Positions 20,410 to 28,829 of a DNA stretch of 32,035 nucleotides are shown here, in pieces. Both the position numbers and the translations under genes were made by a program. This DNA is from Microcoleus sp. (GTDB taxonomy: Bacteria; Cyanobacteriota; Cyanobacteriia; Cyanobacteriales; Microcoleaceae): NCBI GenBank assembly GCA_042408215.1, contig JAYFMW010000023.1:1-32035 (forward strand), written 5' to 3'. The notes beneath the pieces are model-generated. The model saw nothing but the letters and a program-made list of their open reading frames with translations. It did not search any database and was not told the DNA's origin. Numbering within the stretch: position 1 is the first letter of the stretch; each line of letters opens with the position of its first letter.

Positions 20410-21261
20410 ATGTTTAATTCTACTGAACTGCTGATCGAGGCTTTCATTCAACAACTTGAGAATGGGTACAGTCGCACTTACGGAGGATACAAATCAGATT
20501 ATGCCGACATTATTGCCTGGGTAGGGGCAATGGCGTTAGAAAATATCGCCAGCAGCGACGCTCTGTATCACAATGTAGAACACGCGATTTGTATTACCTT
20601 AGTCGGTCAAGAAATCTTGCGGGGAAAACACATTCGCAAGGGCGGAGTATCCTGCGAAAATTGGCTGCACTTCATCATATCTTTGCTGTGCCAAGATATC
20701 GGATATGTCAAAGGAGTTTGCCGACAAGACCAACAAGCAGAAAGATTGTATGCTACGGGAAAAGATGGCATGAAAATTGCACTTTCTCCGGGTGCAACAG
20801 CAGCCAGCCTAGCTCCTTACCGAGTGGACAGAGCTAAACTTTTCATTGATGAGCGCTTTGGGAACCACAAGCTAATTAATGCTGAAATAATTAAGGAAAA
20901 TATAGAACAGACTCGTTTCTCGGTGCTAGATAGCAACACTCATGAAGATGCAGTTAATTATTCTAGTTTAGTTCGCGGTGCTGACTTGATAGGTCAGCTT
21001 AGCAACCCGCAATATTTACAGAAAATTGGCGCGCTGTTTTACGAGTTGGAAGAAAGCGGTGCTACTAAAGTTTTGGGCTGCCGACATCCGGGCGACTTGC
21101 TGCAAAGCTACTCGAAGTTTTACTGGAGCGGTATTTATCCGCACATCAGCGAATCTCTCGGCTACTTACAGTTAACTCAGGAAGGCAAACAGATTGTGGC
21201 TAGTTTGTACGCTAATGTATTTCGCATGGAACATCAACGTAGTGATTCTGAGGTTGCTTGA
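20410..21261 (+). CDS. Cyanobacterial HD-domain metal-dependent phosphohydrolase-family protein with a degenerate HD motif
   Basis: DALYHNVEH, LLCQDIGY (HD to QD), RGADLIGQL, LFYELEE. Confidence 0.85.
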   Translation: MFNSTELLIEAFIQQLENGYSRTYGGYKSDYADIIAWVGAMALENIASSDALYHNVEHAICITLVGQEILRGKHIRKGGVSCENWLHFIISLLCQDIGYVKGVCRQDQQAERLYATGKDGMKIALSPGATAASLAPYRVDRAKLFIDERFGNHKLINAEIIKENIEQTRFSVLDSNTHEDAVNYSSLVRGADLIGQLSNPQYLQKIGALFYELEESGATKVLGCRHPGDLLQSYSKFYWSGIYPHISESLGYLQLTQEGKQIVASLYANVFRMEHQRSDSEVA

Positions 21262-21446
21262 GTCAGAAGGGCTGGCACTCACAGGCACTGCTTAAATGGC
21301 GGCCGGAAAGATTCATTAAGCGGGCGTTGCCGGCGCAGCAGGGAAAAGATGCTGCTTCGGCTGGGAAGGATTTTTTTGCCTGGGTTGTCACGGCGAGTTA
21401 CCTGTTGAGAAAGATGTCAATTGAGTCATAAGCTTGAGGGGCTGAT

Positions 21447-21927
21447 CAAGAATACCCTGAAAACCCTGTGACTTTAGTCCAGGGATGAAAGGGCGTTGCA
21501 GGATAAATCCAGCCTGCCCTCTAGATCAAGAAAATGGGTCTAAAACCCCGTCCTTCTAGGACGGCTTTAAGCTAAAATTGAGAAAAGTCGGGATGAGGCA
21601 TCGCCACGACTCTAAATGGACATTTCAGGAGAGTCAGACTACTTTCGGTAGCTTCGCCTTTCGGAAGTGTCAAGAATCACCGCACTTTTAGGGCGGTGAG
21701 TATGTCAAGCAAGACACAAACCACATTCTGTTACCAGAAAAATGTGGGATGGATACACAGAAGCAGGTCTATACCAGCAAATGCCTACCACAAGTAGCCA
21801 TAGACTCAGCAATGGGCGAGTGGGTAGTGGGTTATTGACAAACCCTTTAAGCATCAAGATTTGGGTGGATTCATCCCCCAAAAATTATCCTTAAGCATCC
21901 CCGCGTCTTTAGACCGGGGAGTGTCAA
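21447..21927 (+). mobile_element. Non-autonomous IS200/IS605-type mini-element (outer)
   Basis: CTGAT|CAAGAA start, left hairpin CCCTG...CAGGG, right hairpin TCCCCG...CGGGGA followed by GTGTCAA; no ORF. Confidence 0.7.
21527..21708 (+). mobile_element. Non-autonomous IS200/IS605-type mini-element (inner, 182 bp), probable TnpB omegaRNA scaffold
   Basis: TAGAT|CAAGAA start, left hairpin CCGTCCT-TCT-AGGACGG, right hairpin TCACCGC...GCGGTGA followed by GTATGTCAA. Confidence 0.75.
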
Positions 21928-21982
21928 TGATATAGATGATCAACAATTTTCGGAGTTGCATCAGGCGTGGATATTTCAAATC

Positions 21983-22016
21983 AAAAGCCTGAGAGCAAGT
22001 GTTCCCAGGCTTTTTT
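21983..22016. terminator. Bidirectional intrinsic terminator downstream of rpaA
   Basis: AAAAGCCTG...CAGGCTTTTTT. Confidence 0.75.
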
Positions 22017-22056
22017 AGCTAGATTCGTAACTGCTTGTTGCATCTGGCGTCCTAGT

Positions 22057-22797
22057 TCAAGCCGATGATTTGCTTTCCTCGGCTACTTGCTCGTTGCTGG
22101 GTAACTCCAGACAATAACCGGCCCCGTATACGGTTTTGATGTACCGAGGATGGCGGGGATCGGGTTCCATCTTGGTTCTCAGGTGTCTGATGTGTACGCG
22201 AATGGTTTCGATGTCGTCGTCGGGGTCGTAGCCCCAGACTTCTTTGAGAATTTCGCTGGGAGAGACTGTCTGACCGTGGCGCTGGAGCAAGCAGTGGAGC
22301 AACTCGAACTCTAGGTGGGTCAGTTTGACTGTCTGAACGTACCAAACCGCTTCAAACCTTTCGGGGACAAGGGTCAGCGGGCCATAATTCAGGATTTCTG
22401 AGTGTTTGGCGGCTTGGGGGATGCGGTCTGTGCGCCTCAGTAGGGCTCGCACTCGCGCCAGCATTTCTTCTAATTCAAAGGGCTTGGTCAGGTAGTCGTC
22501 GGCGCCGGAGTTGAAGCCTTCTACTTTGTCTTGAGTTTGACTTAAGGCTGTCAACATCAAGACGGGAATGTCTGCTGTGCGATCGTCTCGCCGCAAGCGC
22601 TGACACACTGTGAATCCGTCTACTCTAGGCAGCATCAGGTCTAGGACGATCAGGTCGGGGAGCAGTTGTATGGCTAGTGCCTGACCTTTGATGCCGTCTT
22701 CTGCATGGGTTACTTCGTACCCAGCCATTTCTAGGTTGATGGCTACGAGTTCGGCGATCGCCGCGTCATCATCAATAACAAGTATCCGAGGCATCAT
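22057..22797 (-). CDS. rpaA: OmpR-family response regulator RpaA (circadian output regulator)
   Basis: [62 protein letters not shown] are characteristic of RpaA. Confidence 0.93.
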   Translation of the reverse strand: MMPRILVIDDDAAIAELVAINLEMAGYEVTHAEDGIKGQALAIQLLPDLIVLDLMLPRVDGFTVCQRLRRDDRTADIPVLMLTALSQTQDKVEGFNSGADDYLTKPFELEEMLARVRALLRRTDRIPQAAKHSEILNYGPLTLVPERFEAVWYVQTVKLTHLEFELLHCLLQRHGQTVSPSEILKEVWGYDPDDDIETIRVHIRHLRTKMEPDPRHPRYIKTVYGAGYCLELPSNEQVAEESKSSA

Positions 22798-22880
22798 AAA
22801 AAAGTTCGGTAAGTGGGAAACGAGCGAGTCTTTAGACCTGAGAGGGAAACTATAAGGGTGGTTTTAACCACCGTGAATCT

Positions 22881-24178
22881 TCAAAATGCGTAACTGTAAC
22901 CATCTTTGTGATGAACGGTCTTGGCAGTATTTCTGACTAATTCCTGACACCAATTCGGGTGCAGAGATATTGAAATGACCCACACGTTCTAACAGCAACC
23001 CGCCCGATATAAGTGCCGACTTTTCTTCCCAGAGGAGACAACAATCGCTTTCACGATGTCGCCCGTTTGAAAACCTTTGACAAACTTAAATCTAGGGACA
23101 TACCGAGATGGAAAACCAAACTTGTCAGTGCGGCACATTTGGCGCGTCCCATGACCCGTAGCCTTGATTAACAGTGGTTGATTTGTTAATAGTTTAAGCG
23201 ATGTCAATTTGTCCCACACAAGCTGCGTCGATCCAGTGGGCTTTAGGTAAGTTCAAGCGAGGGCGGTTGAACTTAGTTAAACCGCCACTGAACCAGTAGA
23301 AGACAGGTAACCCAGTTTCCTTGAGTCGATTAAACAATGCCCAAGCGAGTTGAATTGACGGCTGCTGCATCTTTTAAAGGACGCTTTGCCTGAGACAAGA
23401 ATGCTGCTTCAGAAAGCTCGGGCTTTTTAGCTAGGAACTGCTCAATATCCTTGAGTCCCTTTCTTGATGTTGCACCTTTCGCAAGCAAGGCAGAGGTTAG
23501 AGATTCTGTTGCTTCCGCCCTTAGCTTTAGGATGGATATGTTCAACTTGTAACGGCACATTTTCAACACCGCAGTCAGCGCATTTTCCGCTCCCATTTGT
23601 TAAGCAGATATTCTCTAACTTCGTAGCCTATGCAACTCGCCTTGCCGATACTCAACTCCAGAGATTTCAGGGATTCTCTAATCTGCTGGAAGTCAAACCG
23701 TGACTAAGCTCTTGAACAATTGCGCCAATCGGTGCAAGTCTGATTAGACTTATTCACCCAAGTCAAGGTGGTTTCAACCCGGTGTTGGAGGCTAGGCGCT
23801 AACCAGCCTTTAGGGCGGGTACGGTTGAGAAATCTGGCTTGACGATAACGGGTATGGCGGTTTCTTCGCCCTCTACGCAGTGAGTGGCGAGATTCTAAAC
23901 TCGCTTTAATCGCCTGACCCCGATGGGTTAGTTCAGCACCCCAAATGACTCTTTCTCCTTGCAGCAAGGCGACGCCAGTTGTTTGAGAGCCAGGATCTAT
24001 TTTTAAGACATGATTGGCTCTGGAGTTGCTGTTACTTCCTCCTTCAGAATTATGGCGAACGGATACCTTCTGAAAACTGCCGCTTTACCGGACGTTAATA
24101 ACTTACGAGCCAATCCTGGCCGAATAGGATCAAGCGGCTCGTTTTTTGGCATCAAGAACGAAATATAAAGTTAGACAT
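22881..24178 (-). pseudogene. iscB: iscB pseudogene (multiple frameshifts)
   Basis: PLMP-like VLDAKNEPLDPIRPGLARKLL, RuvC-I KIDPGSQTTG, bridge helix RHSLRRGRRNRHTRYRQARFLNR, HNH VEHIHPKAKGGSNRISNLCLACERCN, RuvC-III HWIDAACVG, C-terminal HKDGYSYAF*. Confidence 0.93.
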
Positions 24179-24180
24179 TT

Positions 24181-24418
24181 TTGTAGTCCTCCCTTGCGGG
24201 GTAAAGTTCGCTTCGTCAATGTTATTTGGGCTTGTTAAGGTAGTAGCACTATAAAGCGTGACTTTAGAATTGTTTAACTAATACCGACAGAGCAAGAAAC
24301 TAGCGTCGCATTTCAGGGTGTCGTGACCCAAATAACGTAGCCAATTAAGGCTTAGACTGGTCAGGATAGCTCACAATTTCTTGCAAGCTCAGTGGCGTTG
24401 ACTCCCTGAGTTCCTGAC
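24181..24418 (-). ncRNA. IscB omegaRNA (HEARO-like)
   Basis: Immediately upstream of iscB; motifs TGACCAGTCTAAG, CTACGTT, ACACCCTGAAATGC, AACATTGACGAAGCGAACTTTACC typical of HEARO RNAs. Confidence 0.85.
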
Positions 24419-24460
24419 AAATCTTGCCTGGGGTTGATTTTTTGTCTGCTCGTAGCCTAA

Positions 24461-24489
24461 ACTTTAGCAGAATGTGCGGGCGCTTTCAC
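24461..24489 (-). promoter_or_regulatory. Putative native rpaA promoter
   Basis: GTGAAA-N17-TAAAGT with an extended TGn -10, ~40 nt upstream of the IscB insertion point. Confidence 0.45.
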
Positions 24490-24704
24490 CGGCTCCGACT
24501 GTCCTTCTCTGGGAAATTTGAGAGCCGACTGGGCCTCGATGGGATGCCAAATTAGTCGAGCTTGCTTTGGAGTCACGCACATTCAATAGTCTGCTTCCTT
24601 TGAGTTCCAGGTCGAGCGCTGTCTTTAAGGCGAAAATTAGACAATTGGGTTAAAAATTGTTAAAGGGAGAAAAAAAAATTTGGGTTTTTTTTGAGGGTTA
24701 GCCC

Positions 24705-24818
24705 TTGCTTTTTTTGGCTCTTGACTGTATAATTAGATAATGGGAGTATGACTACTTGTGCCTAAAAATGTCAATATTTCCATTATCTAATGGTATCATA
24801 CAAATATCAAGAAGTCAA
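24705..24818. promoter_or_regulatory. Face-to-face dual promoter/hairpin module, type A copy 1
   Basis: + TTGCTT-N17-TATAAT; - TTGACT-N17-TACCAT; central IR ATTAGATAATGG...CCATTATCTAAT. Confidence 0.65.
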
Positions 24819-24928
24819 TCCCAAAACCCGAAAATTTGGGCCGATTTTTTTTATCCCTGGGTAAAATTTTGCCCTCGCCCTGGAGGTAAATCACCGAAAA
24901 AACCGACCGGCGGGACAACTACCGAGAA

Positions 24929-25115
24929 TTAGCTGGCTTGCTCTCTAGCAGACTCAGTAATTTTGCTGGCAACATTTGGCTGGCTGCCTAATTTTTGGAA
25001 GTAAAGGGGGCCGACTGTGACTAAGAATATTGTATAACCAACGGCTTGCAAAAGATACAGTCGCTCTCTGTAGCCAAATAGTGCTTTGAGGAGGATTCCG
25101 GGAAATTGGCGATCG
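24929..25115 (-). pseudogene. Duplicated 3' fragment of the FTR1 permease gene
   Basis: DRQFPGILLKALFGYRE...EQAS* nearly identical to the end of 25574-26530. Confidence 0.9.
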
Positions 25116-25348
25116 AATGTGCGGGCGCTTTCACCGGCTCCGACTGTGCTTCTCTGGGAAATTTGAGAGCCGACTGGGCCTCGATGGGATGCCAAATTAG
25201 TCGAGCTTGCTTTGGAGTCACGCACATTCAATAGTCTGCTTCCTTTGAGTTCCAGGTCGAGCGCTGTCTTTAAGGCGAAAATTAGACAATTGGGTTAAAA
25301 ATTGTTAAAGGGAGAAAAAAAAATTTGGGTTTTTTTGAGGGTTAGCCC

Positions 25349-25462
25349 TTGCTTTTTTTGGCTCTTGACTGTATAATTAGATAATGGGAGTATGACTACT
25401 TGTGCCTAAAAATGTCAATATTTCCATTATCTAATGGTATCATACAAATATCAAGAAGTCAA
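25349..25462. promoter_or_regulatory. Face-to-face dual promoter/hairpin module, type A copy 2
   Basis: Same sequence as 24705-24818. Confidence 0.65.
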
Positions 25463-25573
25463 TCCCAAAACCCGAAAATTTGGGCCGATTTTTTTTTATC
25501 TCTGGGTAAAATTTTGCCCTCGCCCTGGAGGTAAATCACCGAAAAAACCGACCGCCGGGACAACTACCGAGAA

Positions 25574-26530
25574 TTAGCTGGCTTGCTCTTTAGCAGACTC
25601 AGTAATTTTGCTGGCAACATTTGGCTGGCCGCCTAATTTTTGGAAGTAAAGGGGGCCGACTGTGACTAAGAATATTGTATAACCAACGGCTTGCAAAAGA
25701 TACAGTCGCTCTCTGTAGCCAAATAGTGCTTTGAGGAGGATTCCGGGAAATTGGCGATCGGGCAAAATTGCGGCTGCATTCCAGACCATCGGGCCTAAAA
25801 TACAGGAGTGGAGTTGTGAAGTGCGATCGAAATAAACACAAATCCCTGCATACTTGCTATCCGTCTGGGACAAAATGGCAGCAGCTTGGTCAAAATGTTT
25901 GAGTGCAGATACTGCTAAACCCGCTACAATTAGCAGCAACAAAATCCCCATAAACTTGAAAAACTGGCGGAGCTCAATTTTGACACCCCACTTGAAGATT
26001 AGCGCGCCAATGATTGCAGCCCCAAGCAAACCGCCCAAAGCACCTAAAGCCGGAGTGAAACCTTGTTGAAATTGAGCGCTGACAAATATAACTGTTTCAA
26101 AACCTTCGCGAAGTACAGCGATCAAAATTAAGCCGAATACGCCCCAGCCAGCATTAGTATTTTCTTTCAAAGCTGCTGTAACGGCTCCTTCCACTTCAGC
26201 TTTGAGAAAGCGCGCTTGCTGAGTCATCCAAATTAGCATCCAGCTTAGCATTACTATGGCGACAATTCCCAGAGAACCTTCGAGCAATTGCTTGATTACT
26301 GGTGCGTAAGGCTGATTTGATGTTGAGAGTACGTGGAGTAACTGATTGAATAATGCACCTACACAAGCGCTAGCAGCAATGCCGACTCCGATACCTGTAT
26401 AAACCCAAGAATTGAGGTGACTTTGCTCTGCTTTTTTTAAGCAAGCTAGGACTATTCCGACGACTAAGGCGGCTTCTACGCCTTCGCGGAGGGTGATTAC
26501 AAATGTTGGGATGGCTTCAGTAAAGTTCAT
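25574..26530 (-). CDS. FTR1/EfeU-family high-affinity iron permease
   Basis: Two RExxE motifs (REGVE, REGFE), multiple TM helices. Confidence 0.95.
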   Translation of the reverse strand: MNFTEAIPTFVITLREGVEAALVVGIVLACLKKAEQSHLNSWVYTGIGVGIAASACVGALFNQLLHVLSTSNQPYAPVIKQLLEGSLGIVAIVMLSWMLIWMTQQARFLKAEVEGAVTAALKENTNAGWGVFGLILIAVLREGFETVIFVSAQFQQGFTPALGALGGLLGAAIIGALIFKWGVKIELRQFFKFMGILLLLIVAGLAVSALKHFDQAAAILSQTDSKYAGICVYFDRTSQLHSCILGPMVWNAAAILPDRQFPGILLKALFGYRERLYLLQAVGYTIFLVTVGPLYFQKLGGQPNVASKITESAKEQAS

Positions 26531-27108
26531 TTTTTGATAACTGCTAATTTGTGGTTAGTCCTGAGTCCTTTTATTATTGAACCGCGAAGGCGCGAAGGAC
26601 GCGAAGGAAAAGAAAGAAGAGAAGGATTAGGTACTCTTAATGCGGTTCGGGAGTAACTAAGGACTAAGGACTAATGACTAACTCAACTGTAATCCCGCAG
26701 CATTTTTTTCAGTTCTACTTGGAGTAACTGATTGAATAATGCACCTACACAAGCGCTAGCAGCAATGCCGGCTCCGATACCTGTATAAACCCAAGAATTG
26801 AGGTGACTTTGCTCTGCTTTTTTTAAGCAAGCTAGGACTATTCCGACGACTAAGGCGGCTTCTACGCCTTCGCGGAGGGTGATTACAAATGTTGGGATGG
26901 CTTCAGTAAAGTTCATTTTTTGATAACTGCTAATTTGTGGTTAGTCCTGAGTCCTTTTATTATTGAACCGCGAAGGCGCGAAGGACGCGAAGGAAGAGAA
27001 AGAAGAAAAGGATTAGGTACTCTTAATGCGGTTCGGGAGTAACTAAGGACTAAGGACTAATGACTAACTCAACTGTAATCCCGCAGCATTTTTTTCAGTT
27101 CTACTTGG
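26334..27108. repeat. Tandem duplication, 386-bp unit x2 (5' end of FTR1 + intergenic + 3' end of ferritin-like gene)
   Basis: TGG microhomology at 26334, 26720 and 27106; copies differ by a few SNPs. Confidence 0.95.
26683..26916 (-). CDS. Chimeric 77-aa ORF: FTR1 N-terminus fused in frame to the ferritin-like C-terminal 12 aa
   Basis: MNFTEAIPTF...LFNQLL + QVELKKMLRDYS; retains the FTR1 upstream region; expression unknown. Confidence 0.55.
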   Translation of the reverse strand: MNFTEAIPTFVITLREGVEAALVVGIVLACLKKAEQSHLNSWVYTGIGAGIAASACVGALFNQLLQVELKKMLRDYS

Positions 27109-27503
27109 TGCAATTCTTCTTGTCCAATCAGGGTGCGGGCATATTCTTCTAGATAAACGCTGGAGTCGGTGACGACTTCAAGTAATGATTTGTACTTGTC
27201 GAGCGCTTTTTTCTCGTGATTTAAGCTTTCTTCTAACAAGTCTTTGATGGAGTGTTTGTAGGTTTCTTCTATGGGAGCAATTTTCTGGCTGGGATGTCCG
27301 TCTAAACCTGTTAAAATTTCTCCGGCTTGTTGGGCGTGGAGTAGGGATTCGGTTGCTTGTGCTTGAAAAAACTGCACGATGGGAATCCGGTTTGGCCCTG
27401 TCACCATGAGTGCATAGTGGGTGTAGCGCACGACTCCTGCTAGTTCCCATTCCATGATGGTACATAGCAGTTCCTGGGTTTTTTTATCGTCAAGTTCTTT
27501 CAT
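27069..27503 (-). CDS. Bacterioferritin/ferritin-like di-iron protein
   Basis: Ferroxidase-type pattern WELAG, ESLLHA, HEKKA, QEELH; four-helix bundle size; adjacent to FTR1. Confidence 0.88.
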   Translation of the reverse strand: MKELDDKKTQELLCTIMEWELAGVVRYTHYALMVTGPNRIPIVQFFQAQATESLLHAQQAGEILTGLDGHPSQKIAPIEETYKHSIKDLLEESLNHEKKALDKYKSLLEVVTDSSVYLEEYARTLIGQEELHQVELKKMLRDYS

Positions 27504-27622
27504 TTGTTGTTTTAGATGTAGAAGACCTTACAGGATGCTCTTTATAAGAGTATCACATTTAAGTTAAAAATTCAAAGTAAGGTGTGCCCTAAGCACCTTA
27601 CCGGATAGATTTTGCAGGTGAG

Positions 27623-28233
27623 TTACGGGTTAACTTCTAAGGTTCCAGTAGGAGCAAATACTACAGTAAACTTAGCGACTGGTGCTGCACTGTTGCTGCT
27701 GGTAGTTTCGGAAGAATTGAGCAGATTTGGCAGGGGAGTTTCTTGGGCGTAATCCTTGGCTGGTTGATTGAGGGGCTCGAAATTGCCGATCGCCCCATCT
27801 TGACTAACACCCACCCGATAGACTAGATTTTGATTGAAGGTGGGGCTAGTTTGCCAAGTCTGATTTATGCGATCGTACAGTTTCAGAGCTAACTCATCTA
27901 GTTTAGTGCGATCCGTAATTTCTGCTGTCTGATTTGTTCCATCCACCGCCTGAACTTCCTGCTGAGCTGCTGATACAGGTACAGCTTCGACTGTCTTATC
28001 TGTAGGGCTACTCGCAATAGCCGTTTCAGTAGACGTATTAGTGAAAGGTAAAACCTCTAGAGACTTGTCAGGCAGTTGTTTTTGGGTGTCAACAGCTAAA
28101 TTGGAATTATTTGCAGCCGGAAGTGTAAGGGATCGGATGCAAGAGGTTGACTAGAGGTAAAAACAGAATCTAACTGTTTGGGAAATTCCGATGTAACTAA
28201 ATCGGTAGTTGAGTCTGGTGTTGATTGTTGCAC
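27623..28233 (-). pseudogene. Hypothetical protein gene with one apparent frameshift near 28130; C-terminal domain resembles that of DUF4335-type cyanobacterial proteins
   Basis: AAGGAGG SD + GTG at 28233; span is 611 nt (one base short of 203 aa + stop); downstream frame is open from ~28130 to 27623 (EITD..L..L..KLYD.I...W...LVYRVGV...TPLP...FTVVF..GTLEVNP). Confidence 0.6.
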
Positions 28234-28271
28234 CGTTGGCGGGCCTCCTTGAGTGTGGATTGTTCAGGAAG

Positions 28272-28635
28272 TTATTTGAGAATAGTTGCATTAGTTTTCT
28301 AAGTTTTTTGATAATATATGCCGTATGGGAAGTGTCGATCGCACATTAGCCCGATCGACAACCGCAAAAATACTGCTCAAACTAGATATATTAGCAATAA
28401 TCTCTGGTTTTTGAGTTAAAAAATACCAAAAACTCTTGTTTTTACTAGCTCTTTAGCAATTTTGCTACTTTTATTAGAAATAGTTTAATGCAACTAATTA
28501 TCAATAATTTAGAATAAAACCAATTATCGGCTTTCAATTATTTCTTTATATTTTTTTAATATTTTTGTCGAAACCTTACATTTGCTAGATTTTGCTACCC
28601 GGTCGATCGCAAGTTATTGATAATACTTCTCAAAA
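28272..28635. promoter_or_regulatory. Three Fur/PerR-like AT-rich boxes in the divergent intergenic region
   Basis: TTATTTGAGAATAGTTGCATTA (28272-28293), TAATGCAACTAATTATCAATAA (28486-28507), TTATTGATAATACTTCTCAAAA (28614-28635); upstream of iron genes. Confidence 0.6.
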
Positions 28636-28829
28636 ATTCCCAAATATACTGATTTTTTTTTGAATTCAGCCTTCCGAGCGTGAGTATCCGATTGATATGC
28701 GTGAATTATTCAATCCAAAATCCAAAATCTCAAATCTAAAATTCTGTCAATCCCCCCATAGGGGATTGTAAAGTTTTGTAAAAAAGAGTTGACTAAAGGG
28801 TTGGGAGTTCTCGCGTTTAGGATACATCG

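Larger units (their letters stand above)
22798..24418 (-). mobile_element. IscB (ISC/OMEGA) transposon, decayed
   Basis: 5' end GTCAGGAACTCAG hairpin, HEARO-like RNA, iscB pseudogene, 3' hairpin region ending at the rpaA ATG. Confidence 0.8.
24470..25760. repeat. Tandem duplication, 645-bp unit x2 (intergenic region + 3' end of FTR1 gene)
   Basis: Units start at 24470 and 25115; a few SNPs/homopolymer indels; junction at GGCGATCG. Confidence 0.95.

Noticed and set aside
21370..21390. In-window target for the IscB guide (shared TTGCCTGGG)
   Set aside because: Only 9 nt of identity and no adjacent ATGA; compatible with chance
24929..25231. 100-aa ORF as a genuine gene
   Set aside because: The N-terminal part is intergenic DNA read through the duplication junction from a TTG with no clear SD; treated as an FTR1 fragment
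24929..25760. DGR template/variable repeat pair (FTR1 3' end and its copy)
   Set aside because: No reverse transcriptase in the window, very few differences, and the copy is part of a plain tandem duplication including intergenic DNA
28640..28829. Cobalamin riboswitch upstream of cbiM
   Set aside because: No B12-box or GGGAA/CGGTG core found; the MHIPDG N-terminus and PDGLE fusion are also compatible with a nickel transporter
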